Assembly: GCA_964344175.1 (NCBI GenBank)
Contig: CAYFMI010000010.1
Location: forward strand, 243-64,242
Reading direction: 5' to 3'
Length of the DNA: 64,000 nt
Origin: an uncultured Anaerolineales bacterium
Lineage (GTDB): Bacteria; Chloroflexota; Anaerolineae; Anaerolineales; UBA11858
Positions 36,123-45,040 of the stretch are shown here, piece by piece (position 1 is the first letter of the stretch; the number at the start of each line of letters is the position of its first letter). Position numbers and translations under genes: made by a program. The notes under the pieces were generated by a model that did not search any database, had not been told where the DNA came from, and saw only the letters and a program-made list of their open reading frames with translations.

Positions 36123-36305
36123 CAGTCATTCTCCTTAGTACAATACTCATTTTTGGGCTATGAACATATTCCATGCAATATTCTTGGGCCGTGTGCACCT
36201 CCTGAAAGAATCGGGTACAATTTATTTTTAAAATAAATGGGTCAAAACTCCCAATTAAGATGTTTCTTGAGTAATAAGACCCAATTATTTGTTCAAAAAA
36301 GCACT

Positions 36306-36331
36306 TATATTGGGTATTTTAACCCAATATA
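36306..36331. promoter_or_regulatory. palindrome TATATTGGGT-N6-ACCCAATATA in the divergent region between the collagen-like cytochrome and two-component system copy 2
   Basis: A perfect 10-6-10 inverted repeat. Additional CCCAAT half-sites lie just upstream (about 36250-36285). Confidence 0.4.
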
Positions 36332-36412
36332 AATCTGGATGTCAAGTAAGCTATTCACACATGTGACAATCATCATTGTTTTCCCGTGAGGGTTGTTCGC
36401 GGAGTTGATCGA

Positions 36413-37942
36413 ATGCTCGACGTAGGATTTCAGCCAAACATTATCCTGGTATATTTTTTTTACGGCTTAGCCTTCTTCAGTATGGGGTTAGCCATTACGT
36501 TTGAGTTTGGCCGTGCGCCGTTGCTGGCGGAAGCGCGTGTGTTACGGCCTCTGGCAGTTTTTGGCCTGCTGCATGGTATCCATGAGTGGTTGGAAATTTT
36601 CATCATTCTTCCCCAATGGTTTGAGGTTACTCTACCCGTTTATTGGGATTGGACACGGCTTTGGTTATTGGCAATCTCCTTTGCTTCCCTGGTGGCCTAT
36701 GGTATTCAAGTTTTGCGCCCACCCAATCGGTTAGCTGCAATGGATGCCTGGATTGGAGCAGGGCTGTTGACGCTGTATGCTGCATTGATTGTATTGACCG
36801 GTGCAACCGTGTGGGGGAATTTCCCGGTTTGGATTGGACGGGCAGATGTCCTGGCACGTTATGTATTGGCAGTGCCAGGGGCTTTCTTGGCAGCGGCTGC
36901 TTTGTTCTTGCAGGCCTATCAGGCTCATTCCAGCCAGCGAGTTATCTTATCGAATAATTTACGTTGGGCTGCAATCGGGTTTTCTTTATACGCAATTACC
37001 CAAATTTTCGTCCCAGCCTTTGATTTTTTCCCGGCCAATTTTATAAATGCAGGCTCATTCGCCGCAGTGACTGGGATTCCAATACAACTTGTCAGAGCGG
37101 TGTTGGCCTTCATTATCACATCGAGTCTCATTCGGGCAACGCAAACCGTAGAAAGTGAGCGCCAGCGTCAATTAGAAGCTGCAAAGGAAGAGCGTTTGGA
37201 AGCGCTGGAAAGAGTGCAGGAAGAATTGGTCAAGCGCGAAGATTTGCGTCGAAAGCTATTGCGGCATACGGTCATGGCCCAAGAAGAAGAACGTTCTCGT
37301 ATTGCTCGAGAACTTCATGATGAACTGGCTCAAATCCTCACCGGCTTTACTCTTGAATTGGCTACTCTCAAGAGTCTTAGTTCGGACAATATCGGATGCC
37401 AGGATGTCGTTGAACGGCTTCAAGACTTATGTCAGCAAATGTCGAATGGGATATATACCCTGGTTCATGATCTACGTCCTGCCCAACTGGATGATCTTGG
37501 TTTGGTTCCGGCGGTACAGCACTTGATTGATGACGCGCAACGCCACATGAAACTGGCAGTCCAGTTAGAAGTGCTGGGAGGAAAACAGCGCCTCGATCAT
37601 GTTGTGGAGACGGTGCTATTCCGGGTTATCCAAGAGGCATTGACGAACGTCGCTCGCCACGCTCATGCCAATGCGGTTGCAATTTCACTCCACTACCAGC
37701 CTGCTCAGACAGTTTTGGTGGTGAGTGATGATGGTGTTGGTTTTCGACCGAAGATCCTGGCGAATCCACAAACTGGTTTTGGGATTGCAGGTATGCGCGA
37801 ACGCGTGCGATCTGTTGGGGGGGGATTTCAACTGGATTCTGCACCCGGTCAGGGCACACGTATTCAGGTGGAAATTCCACTTGAGGCTGATATAGTGAAT
37901 GAGGAGAATGCCTATGAAAGCGATTCGTCTTTTGCTGGTTGA
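36413..37942 (+). CDS. sensor histidine kinase, HisKA_3 type with polytopic membrane sensor domain, copy 2
   Basis: The N-terminal signatures are FFYGLAFFSMGL and HGIHEWLEIF. The H-box is ERSRIARELHDELAQ. ATG 36413 is preferred over GTG 36386. Confidence 0.8.
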   Translation: MLDVGFQPNIILVYFFYGLAFFSMGLAITFEFGRAPLLAEARVLRPLAVFGLLHGIHEWLEIFIILPQWFEVTLPVYWDWTRLWLLAISFASLVAYGIQVLRPPNRLAAMDAWIGAGLLTLYAALIVLTGATVWGNFPVWIGRADVLARYVLAVPGAFLAAAALFLQAYQAHSSQRVILSNNLRWAAIGFSLYAITQIFVPAFDFFPANFINAGSFAAVTGIPIQLVRAVLAFIITSSLIRATQTVESERQRQLEAAKEERLEALERVQEELVKREDLRRKLLRHTVMAQEEERSRIARELHDELAQILTGFTLELATLKSLSSDNIGCQDVVERLQDLCQQMSNGIYTLVHDLRPAQLDDLGLVPAVQHLIDDAQRHMKLAVQLEVLGGKQRLDHVVETVLFRVIQEALTNVARHAHANAVAISLHYQPAQTVLVVSDDGVGFRPKILANPQTGFGIAGMRERVRSVGGGFQLDSAPGQGTRIQVEIPLEADIVNEENAYESDSSFAG

Positions 37943-38606
37943 CGATCATGATGTTGTACGGACAGGACTTAGTTCTTTCTTTAAAACCCATGATGGTATT
38001 GAAGTTGTGGGTGAGGCAAGAAATGGCTACGAAGCAATCGTACAGGCAAAAGCTCTCCAGCCCGACGTAATCGTTATGGACATTACCATGCCAGAAATGG
38101 ATGGTCTGACAGCAACTCGAAAACTGGTTGAGCAATCTCAAGATTTTGCTGTGTTGGCTCTGACCGTGCATGAAGATAAGCAGTATTTCTTCGAAATGAT
38201 GGCAGCCGGAGCTGCCGGTTACATCACCAAGCAAGCAGCGGCTGAAGAGTTGGTGGCCGCTATTCGTGCCATTCATGCAGGCAATATTTATTTACAACCT
38301 TCACTGGCGCGCTGGTTGTTAGAAGATTATAAGCGCCTTATTGAGCATGCCCCCCGCCGTCCAGATGATGAGTCTGTTGAAAGCGATGGGGGAATTCACC
38401 CAGATTTGAATGTTCTTAGTGAACGCGAACAGCAAGTTCTTGAAATGGTAGCCGATGGCTTGACCACGCCCAAAATCGCCGAACAGTTAGAAATAAGTCC
38501 GAAAACCGTTTCTCGTCATCGTGAGCGCATCATGAATAAATTAAATTTGCATTCGTCAACAGAATTAGTAAAATTTGCTATCCGTACCGGCTTAATTGAT
38601 ATATAG
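37914..38606 (+). CDS. NarL/FixJ (LuxR)-family response regulator, copy 2
   Basis: Receiver motifs LLVDDHDVVRTG and VIVMDITMPEMDG are followed by the HTH LSEREQQVLEMVADGLTTPKIAEQLEISPKTVSRHRERIMNKL. Confidence 0.85.
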   Translation: MKAIRLLLVDDHDVVRTGLSSFFKTHDGIEVVGEARNGYEAIVQAKALQPDVIVMDITMPEMDGLTATRKLVEQSQDFAVLALTVHEDKQYFFEMMAAGAAGYITKQAAAEELVAAIRAIHAGNIYLQPSLARWLLEDYKRLIEHAPRRPDDESVESDGGIHPDLNVLSEREQQVLEMVADGLTTPKIAEQLEISPKTVSRHRERIMNKLNLHSSTELVKFAIRTGLIDI

Positions 38607-38976
38607 TCTTCAGAGCGAGGCAGCCAGAGATCACCCATCCCCGAAGACCCTTTGGATGTTTGAAGAAGCTAGGTACGCGTATAGATGATAATGCCAGGGC
38701 TTGAATCCTGGGATGAAATTTGTGATAGGGGAATCAAAAAGATCTATCAAATTGGATATAGATAGTCCGTAAAATTTTGGTACAATAGTCTGATATAACA
38801 TAGAGAGTGCACATGTCCTATGGTTGTGTTGGTGATGCCAGGCAGGGATCAACCTGGGTTTGCTGTTCTCACACAATAACGAGATTAGGCGTTATGCGCT
38901 GACGATGGTGAAAGCCCTGTTTTCGGAGAAATTTTCGTAAAGCTTATAGTTGTAAATTCCATTGGAGGTAATTACC

Positions 38977-39642
38977 GTGGAACCATTTGATAAAGATGCC
39001 ATTTCAGTTGATGTTGGTGTGCGGTTGCGTGATCTGAGAGAAGAGCGAAATCTATCGATGCGCGCGCTGGCACGTATGAGCGGGCTTTCTGCTAATGCCC
39101 TCAGTATGATTGAGCGCGGTAAATCCTCCCCTTCGGTGAGTACACTGTATAAACTTGCAGAAGCGATGGAGGTGCCAATCACCTGCTTCTTCAGAACAGA
39201 AACTCCCCAGAACGATATTGTCTTCCGGAAAGCGAATTCGCGCACTCGTATTCCTTTTCATCGCGGCTTATGGGAGGGGTTGGGGGGTGAGAATTTCGCG
39301 GGTCATGTCGAACCCTTTATGTTGACTCTGGAAAGCGGCGCGAACAGTGGTCGTTTCCCGATGATCCATTCGGGGCATGAATTTGTGATGTGTTTGCGTG
39401 GTCAGCTTGAATATCAGGTGGAGAATCAATATTTTCTCCTCGAGCCGGGTGACACCTTATTGTTCGCAGCAGAATTGAAACATCAGTGGCGCAACCCTGG
39501 GCAAACGGTCGCCAACGCTGTATTTGTCTTAGCGGGTTTCAAAGAGGGAGAAAGCCCCAGTGAATTTCATATTGTTTCTGGGTTATCAGATACAGATGGT
39601 GCGGTCATTGTCGATACAGATGACCTCATCGGCGAGGTTTGA
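38977..39642 (+). CDS. XRE-family HTH regulator with C-terminal cupin domain
   Basis: The HTH is RLRDLREERNLSMRALARMSGLSANALSMIERGKSSPSVSTLYKLA. Cupin-like motifs HSGHEFVMCLRG and GDTLLF follow. A GGAGG RBS lies 8 nt before GTG 38977. Confidence 0.75.
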   Translation: MEPFDKDAISVDVGVRLRDLREERNLSMRALARMSGLSANALSMIERGKSSPSVSTLYKLAEAMEVPITCFFRTETPQNDIVFRKANSRTRIPFHRGLWEGLGGENFAGHVEPFMLTLESGANSGRFPMIHSGHEFVMCLRGQLEYQVENQYFLLEPGDTLLFAAELKHQWRNPGQTVANAVFVLAGFKEGESPSEFHIVSGLSDTDGAVIVDTDDLIGEV

Positions 39643-39670
39643 TCCCTAATCAAAAGTAATTCACAATGAA

Positions 39671-39711
39671 ACAGGCCCGATGGTATATCACCGGGCCCGT
39701 TATTTTGTTTT
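39671..39711. terminator. terminator hairpin between convergent genes
   Basis: An imperfect stem, ACAGGCCCG...CGGGCCCGT, is followed by TATTTTGTTTT. Confidence 0.55.
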
Positions 39712-39720
39712 GCGTAGGGT

Positions 39721-40224
39721 TTAGATAAATACGATCTGAGCGCCCTCGGTCATATCCATGAAGTCGCCTGCAGTGACAATCCCCTGAACGCCATCCACAA
39801 AATCGTCCATGCTCTGGCCGAACATATCCACAGACATCTTGCAGGCGTAGAGATTAGCGCCTCCGTCGACAAGCATTTCCAGGTATTCATCCACCGGGGG
39901 AGCCTGCACTTCGGCAATTTTCTTCTTCATGAACCAAGAAGTGAAGGCAGTCATGCCGGGCAAGATACTGAGAATATTAGGGATACCCAAATTGCCGGTA
40001 GGCAATCCCATCAAGCTCATTTTCATGCTGGTCTTTGTGATGGGGGAAAGCTCAAGGCGTTTTTGGCGCTTTTTGTTGATGATGTCCATGCCCCAAAACG
40101 TAAAGAAAATGGTGACATCGATGCCATTGCCAAGCGCTGCCCATCCCATTACCAAAGCCGGGTAGGCCATGTCCAAATCGCCTTTGGAGCAGATAAACGC
40201 AATGTGTCGGTTTTCATTTGTCAT
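39721..40224 (-). CDS. DsrE/DsrF/DrsH-like family protein
   Basis: The N-terminus IAFICSKGDLDMAYPALVMGWAALGNGIDVTIFFTFWGMDII matches the DsrE-2-type family pattern. Confidence 0.65.
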   Translation of the reverse strand: MTNENRHIAFICSKGDLDMAYPALVMGWAALGNGIDVTIFFTFWGMDIINKKRQKRLELSPITKTSMKMSLMGLPTGNLGIPNILSILPGMTAFTSWFMKKKIAEVQAPPVDEYLEMLVDGGANLYACKMSVDMFGQSMDDFVDGVQGIVTAGDFMDMTEGAQIVFI

Positions 40225-40263
40225 GATTAATCCTTTTTTAGGTTTCTAATCGAAAGCCAGCGA

Positions 40264-40569
40264 CTAAACACAGCCTTCGGGTTTACCGAGACCAGAAATC
40301 TTGGCGACTTTCTTGGCTGGTCCTTTGGGGTAGAGTGCAAAAAGCGCTTTGGTGGAAATGCCCGTGCCCTTAGTGATTTGACGCAGCGTTGGCGCGGCGC
40401 CGGTGCTTTCAGCATTATCGCGGCAGAATTCAATGACAGTCCAGTGATCGGGCGTTAATTCGGCAATTCCTTCTCCCTGGGCAATTTCTGCAGCAATTTC
40501 TTTGCTCCACTGACTCGGATCGGTCATGAAGCCTTCCTCATTGAAATTGACAGTATCTAATATAGACAT
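40264..40569 (-). CDS. TusE/DsrC/DsvC-family sulfur relay protein (single C-terminal Cys, TusE-type)
   Basis: The 101-aa product contains FNEEGFMTDPSQW...LTPDHWTVIEF. Its C-terminal arm is KISGLGKPEGCV. The second Cys found 10 residues upstream in bona fide DsrC is absent. Confidence 0.75.
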   Translation of the reverse strand: MSILDTVNFNEEGFMTDPSQWSKEIAAEIAQGEGIAELTPDHWTVIEFCRDNAESTGAAPTLRQITKGTGISTKALFALYPKGPAKKVAKISGLGKPEGCV

Positions 40570-40596
40570 GGGTTTACTCCTTCTGAAAGATGTGAA

Positions 40597-41277
40597 TTAG
40601 TTTTGCGTTGCAGATTGCTCATCCAACGCTTTGAGTAGATTGATAAGCCGGGCCATCCCGCGGCGAACTTTGGGGTTTCCAAGTTCCCGCAATAAAGCCC
40701 AGGTTGAGACTTTCTCAGATTCGGGCATTTCTTCTTGAATTGCGCCCACTGCGTTATTGGCAATTGCCATAATCTCAGGTTGTGTCATGCTGCGAACGGT
40801 GTTCAGGATGATGACGATATTGTCACCCAGGGCGCGGACATCATCTTCACTGAATTCGGTGGTGATGCGTTCGACAATTCGCCAGCCTTCACGGGCAAAA
40901 TCGAAATACCCTTCACGTTCGAATTGATCTAATTGCTCAACGGCCACATTGAAGACTTGCTTGCCGAGTAATTCAACTTCATCAGTGATCCCCATCAAAG
41001 CCTCAACGCGATCCATCAATGCCAGCCACAAATGGGTGTTACGGATTACTCTTTTGAGTAGGAAGAAGAGATCTTCAACGGCAAATTCGGTGCCAATCTC
41101 TGCGAGTTCGTCGATGGTCAGTTTGATCATATGATTGACCATCGGGATGACATCATTTTTCAATTCTTCAAATTCTTGCAGTCGCCTTTGCTGAACCTCG
41201 GCATGTGAAGTCAGTGCGGCTACCTGCTCGGTGAGAGCGTCAACTTTTTGGTGGAGGAGGGCTAGATCATCTGCCAT
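40597..41277 (-). CDS. DUF1641-like protein (coiled-coil N-terminus)
   Basis: The C-terminal region TWALLRELGNPKVRRGMARLINLLKAL resembles DUF1641. It lies directly downstream of an SQR-like flavoprotein. ATG 41277 follows an AGGAG RBS. Confidence 0.5.
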   Translation of the reverse strand: MADDLALLHQKVDALTEQVAALTSHAEVQQRRLQEFEELKNDVIPMVNHMIKLTIDELAEIGTEFAVEDLFFLLKRVIRNTHLWLALMDRVEALMGITDEVELLGKQVFNVAVEQLDQFEREGYFDFAREGWRIVERITTEFSEDDVRALGDNIVIILNTVRSMTQPEIMAIANNAVGAIQEEMPESEKVSTWALLRELGNPKVRRGMARLINLLKALDEQSATQN

Positions 41278-41288
41278 GATGCACTCCT

Positions 41289-42521
41289 TTAGGCCCACTT
41301 CCCGGCCATGGTCATCTGAGATTCGAAGGGCATTTCGCCACCCTTCAACAAGATGTTCCAATAAATCCAACGGAAGGCCATCTTGCCCCAGTGATTAGCA
41401 GCTGATTCTTTGAGCAGCGAGAAGGGCCCAAATCCGGGTAGGGGGAATTTCCCAGGCAATGGTTCGACATCATAATTGAAATCGATTAAGATGCCTTTCT
41501 CGAAACCGGATTCGATATAGCAATTGGCATGCCCGTCAAATTTGGGTAGCGGTTGAAGGCCTTCCATGTGGCGAAGCATATTTTCGATGAGCACATCGAG
41601 CATAAAGTGCGCTACGGACCCGGCCTTGGAGGTTGGTGCATTGCCTGCATCGCCGATCACCCAAACATTTTCCCATTTATCAGATTGCAATGTGTGCTTG
41701 TCAATGGGAACGTAATTGAGTTCATCCCCCATGCCGGAGCGATCAATCACCTCAGACCCCATGTTGGTAGGAATGGTAACTAGCAGATCGTAGTTGATTT
41801 CACGCTCATCCCAAGAGCTGATGACTTTTCGATTGTTATCAACTTCGCCGATATTGAATTCAGGCTCAAGAATGATGTTCTTCTGATCGAGCATGTCACC
41901 TAAAATGGAAGATGCGCGCGGCTTTGTGAAAGCGCCATCCAATGGGGTGGCAAAAACAATTTCGACATTGTCGCGAATGCCGCGTTCGTGGAAGAACCAA
42001 TCGGCCAGGAACAAGAATTCCAGCGGTGCAACCGGGCACTTGATGGGCATCTCGGTGATATTCAGCACCATGCGCCCGCCCTTCCAGAATTTCAAGAATC
42101 GACTCAAGGCGGTCGCGCCCTCGATGGTGTAGAAGTCGAAGCGATCCTCATGCCAGCCTTCATCGACCATGCCTTCAGTTTCTTCGGGGTGGATTTGGGT
42201 CCCCGTGGAGATCACCAAGTAATCGTAGTTGATCACTCGGCCCTCTTTGATCAGCTTGACCCGATTTTTGTCGGGTTCGATGATTTCTACATCCGACAAT
42301 ATGAACTCGACATTATGTGGGATGAAATCTCGTTTAGGCTTAACCACATCTCCGGGGCTGTAGATGCCAAATGGAATGAAGAGGAACCCTGGTTGATAGT
42401 AGTGGGTTTCGTACTTATCAACGATGATGATACGCCATTCCGCAGGATCGAGTTCATGAGCCATTTTATTGGCAACCATTGTGCCACCAGTCCCAGCTCC
42501 GAGGATTAGTAGAGTTTTCAT
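41289..42521 (-). CDS. NAD(P)/FAD-dependent oxidoreductase, sulfide:quinone oxidoreductase-like
   Basis: The N-terminal Rossmann motif is LLILGAGTGGTMVA, followed by HYYQPGF and PIKCPVAPLE motifs. ATG 42521 has an AGGAGA RBS. Confidence 0.65.
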   Translation of the reverse strand: MKTLLILGAGTGGTMVANKMAHELDPAEWRIIIVDKYETHYYQPGFLFIPFGIYSPGDVVKPKRDFIPHNVEFILSDVEIIEPDKNRVKLIKEGRVINYDYLVISTGTQIHPEETEGMVDEGWHEDRFDFYTIEGATALSRFLKFWKGGRMVLNITEMPIKCPVAPLEFLFLADWFFHERGIRDNVEIVFATPLDGAFTKPRASSILGDMLDQKNIILEPEFNIGEVDNNRKVISSWDEREINYDLLVTIPTNMGSEVIDRSGMGDELNYVPIDKHTLQSDKWENVWVIGDAGNAPTSKAGSVAHFMLDVLIENMLRHMEGLQPLPKFDGHANCYIESGFEKGILIDFNYDVEPLPGKFPLPGFGPFSLLKESAANHWGKMAFRWIYWNILLKGGEMPFESQMTMAGKWA

Positions 42522-42552
42522 AGAAGTTTCTCCTGTATGTGTAAGAATGTAG

Positions 42553-42936
42553 TTATGCAGATAATTCTTGTTGGACGGTATCGGCAAGTTCGCTTTGATC
42601 GTGCAAGCGGCTTGCCAGCACAGCCCGGAGTAGATCTAATGCTTCGATGATGCGCGGGTCGGAAAGCGAATAATAAACCGATTGGCCATCGCGATTTGCG
42701 TTGACCATTTGGCGTTCTCGCAGAACTTTCAAGTGCCTCGAAACCGTAGGCTGGGGGAGTTCGATTGTCTCTGCGAGCTCACTGACATTGTGGGGGCGAT
42801 CATGCAATGTATAAAGGATCAGTATGCGAGTGGAATCTGCCAACCCGCTACAGATTTGAGCGTGTAATTTATTGATCTCTGCCCGGAGTTCTTTCATGGT
42901 GGGGTCACTTTTCCCAATGGTTGATTCTATAAACAT
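42553..42936 (-). CDS. ArsR/SmtB-family transcriptional regulator, copy 2
   Basis: The HTH is LADSTRILILYTL...VSELAETIELPQPTVSRHLKVLRERQMV. There is a single Cys at the same position as in copy 1. ATG 42897 is an alternative start. Confidence 0.8.
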   Translation of the reverse strand: MFIESTIGKSDPTMKELRAEINKLHAQICSGLADSTRILILYTLHDRPHNVSELAETIELPQPTVSRHLKVLRERQMVNANRDGQSVYYSLSDPRIIEALDLLRAVLASRLHDQSELADTVQQELSA

Positions 42937-42994
42937 ATACGCTTATACGAATAGATGTACGGGTGAAATATAGCATTAGGGAACACGAATTGAT

Positions 42995-43010
42995 AGTGAT
43001 TTGTGTCACA
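42995..43010 (-). promoter_or_regulatory. CRP/FNR-type palindrome TGTGA-N6-TCACT upstream of arsR copy 2
   Basis: The plus strand reads AGTGAtttgtgTCACA. The flanks TGAT...(A)GGGGGG are shared with the site at 16603. Confidence 0.45.
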
Positions 43011-43170
43011 AGGGGGGAGGATGGATGTAATGTGATAGGGGTGGGGTACATTATGTTCCCCGGATGGAATAAACAACAGCCCCCATATTTGGGGGCTGTT
43101 GGCGAACCAGGAAGGTCTGGTAACGCACTATGGGGTACGCCGAATGGCGCAGGTTGCAGGTAGCCTGGGG

Positions 43171-44718
43171 TTATTCTCCTGGGGGGAATACCTGTAACTT
43201 GGCAATTTCTTCCTCGGAGTATCCCAAAGCAGCAAAGTCGAGAATGCTCTCTTGGCTGTGGCAGGCTTCACAGGCCAGAGCCTGGTCGGCAGGCGAAACC
43301 TGGTGCGTGAGCGGCCAATACATTACTGTATTGACCCAACCCAGTTCGCCGCTGAATTCGTAGCCGGCAACTGCCTGCCCGCCTTCGGCGGCCAGGTTCC
43401 AATCCCAATTTGCCCAGTAGGCGGTTTCAGGATTTGTAGGGAACAGGTTGGGGATGACCAAAGCATTCGTCGCGGCATCGTAAGGCTGAATGGCATAGAA
43501 TGACTTCATGGGGAAGATGACCGCGGTTTCATCGGCTCGTTCACCGTGCATTGTATTGATCGGTACAACAGTTTCGGGATCAAAGGTATCGTCCAGGGTG
43601 ATATAGGTGGTATCACCATTGAACCACATATAGTCAGGTGTCAGGCCAATGCCCCATTCGAAGGAGCCTTTGTTAGACATGTAGATTTTATTGCCATTTT
43701 CGTCTTTTTCAACCATCCAAACTTTGCGGCCTTCAAAGTCGCCTTCGCCATCTATTAACTCGCCGGCAGTATTCCAATCCCAATAAGTTTTGGTGTACTG
43801 TTCTTTGGCATAAGTGGGGATGTGGCAGGTTTGGCAGGCGACTCGAGCCGTATGGGTGTTCAATTCTTCGGTTTCATGAGGATCCGTTTGGTGGCAGGTT
43901 ACACAACTTTTTACAGTTGTCTCGCCGGTGAGATCCATTTCGTAGCGGCTTCCAGCGACATTGTGATCTTCAGTGGTGTGGCAGGTCTGGCATGCGAAAT
44001 TAGAACCCTCGGCTGCCATGTGGACATCCACATCGGCGGTGGGTTCGAGCATTGATGTATCTAAGTCGCCGTGTTTGACGTTTGCGCCACCGCCGCCATT
44101 AAAGTGGCAGGAGCCGCAATTGGCGCGAGTGGGCATTCCAACACTTTGGGCAATCGCTGTCAAATCAAGTGGAGACCAGACAGTACCATAGGGTTCACCC
44201 GGGCCGGCAGGGAATAGCTTTTCTTCATAGGTTGGATGACCAGAACCAGCGGGGAATTTCTTGTAGGTGCCGGTTGTATCGTGACATACCAGACAGTCTA
44301 CGGCGGTTTCATCCATCGCGGCAAAAGCCTCAGGATTAGAGTACCCATATCCTACATGGCAACTCGTGCAGCGCGGCCAGTTCGAATCTACTGCGACGCA
44401 GTAGTTGTTGATGACATTGTTCTTACCGAGTTCTTGCCCGTCTTCGGTAGCATATTCCCATGTCCAGTGTGTAGTTGCCATCACCTGGGAGCCTGAGTCT
44501 TGATGGCATTCTAGACATGCTTGCGTAACTTCAGGGCCCGTGGCGAATTCGGCCTGAAGTTGTTCGTATTCGCTATGATCGGGGGGGGCATCCTCGCCCG
44601 CAAAAGCCGGGGTTGTCATAGCCGGGGCACTGAAGATAATGCCCAAGACAAGCAATGATACAGCTAACAATCCCAAGGTTATGCGGGTTTTCTTGGATGT
44701 GTGATGAAATCGTTTCAT
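43171..44718 (-). CDS. octaheme c-type cytochrome, tetrathionate reductase (Otr)-like family, copy 2
   Basis: A signal anchor is followed by 8 CxxCH motifs. The signature is CLECHQDSGSQVMATTHWTW. ATG 44718 has an AGGAG RBS, and the track start at 44832 is rejected. Confidence 0.65.
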   Translation of the reverse strand: MKRFHHTSKKTRITLGLLAVSLLVLGIIFSAPAMTTPAFAGEDAPPDHSEYEQLQAEFATGPEVTQACLECHQDSGSQVMATTHWTWEYATEDGQELGKNNVINNYCVAVDSNWPRCTSCHVGYGYSNPEAFAAMDETAVDCLVCHDTTGTYKKFPAGSGHPTYEEKLFPAGPGEPYGTVWSPLDLTAIAQSVGMPTRANCGSCHFNGGGGANVKHGDLDTSMLEPTADVDVHMAAEGSNFACQTCHTTEDHNVAGSRYEMDLTGETTVKSCVTCHQTDPHETEELNTHTARVACQTCHIPTYAKEQYTKTYWDWNTAGELIDGEGDFEGRKVWMVEKDENGNKIYMSNKGSFEWGIGLTPDYMWFNGDTTYITLDDTFDPETVVPINTMHGERADETAVIFPMKSFYAIQPYDAATNALVIPNLFPTNPETAYWANWDWNLAAEGGQAVAGYEFSGELGWVNTVMYWPLTHQVSPADQALACEACHSQESILDFAALGYSEEEIAKLQVFPPGE

Positions 44719-45040
44719 TCTTAACACTCTCCTAAATGTTGTGGACGTGCGTTCTGCCTTCCTGGTTGCATTTTGTGGGGGGGTTCGCGTGATGAGGCGC
44801 GACCCACATTGGTGCAGTTCATCACAATACATTTTGTGACAAACTACGTTGGAATTCTCACCGATGCTATCTATAATATGTAGTAACGATTGTCATGTGC
44901 ATTTATTAGCACGGCTTATGTTAATGTATGATGAATTTCTTATACCCATTTGCTGTAAATGTTAGGGCTTACGCAATTCGATAGAGGTATCCCTACTTGC
45001 GGGCAAAAACATTGTTAGCAAATGCTTGAAAGGCGCATAT

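Noticed and set aside
35899-36138. Plus-strand ORF encoding a Gly/Pro/Ser-rich peptide ([16 protein letters not shown]...).
   Set aside because: It is the mirror image of the collagen-like GXY repeat on the minus strand. The minus-strand reading has a lipobox, a signal peptide and eight heme motifs.
37626-38276. Minus-strand 216-aa ORF overlapping the kinase/regulator copy 2 junction.
   Set aside because: It is antisense to two well-supported genes and has no motifs.
38813-38902. A 29-aa Cys-rich ORF (MSYGCVGDARQGSTWVCCSHTITRLGVMR) downstream of a TGgTACAAT-like -10 element, considered as a possible RiPP precursor or small RNA.
   Set aside because: It has only a weak RBS, and no modifying enzyme or partner gene is nearby. 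I cannot check its conservation. Neighbouring track ORFs 38631..38876 and 38892..39245 also look spurious.
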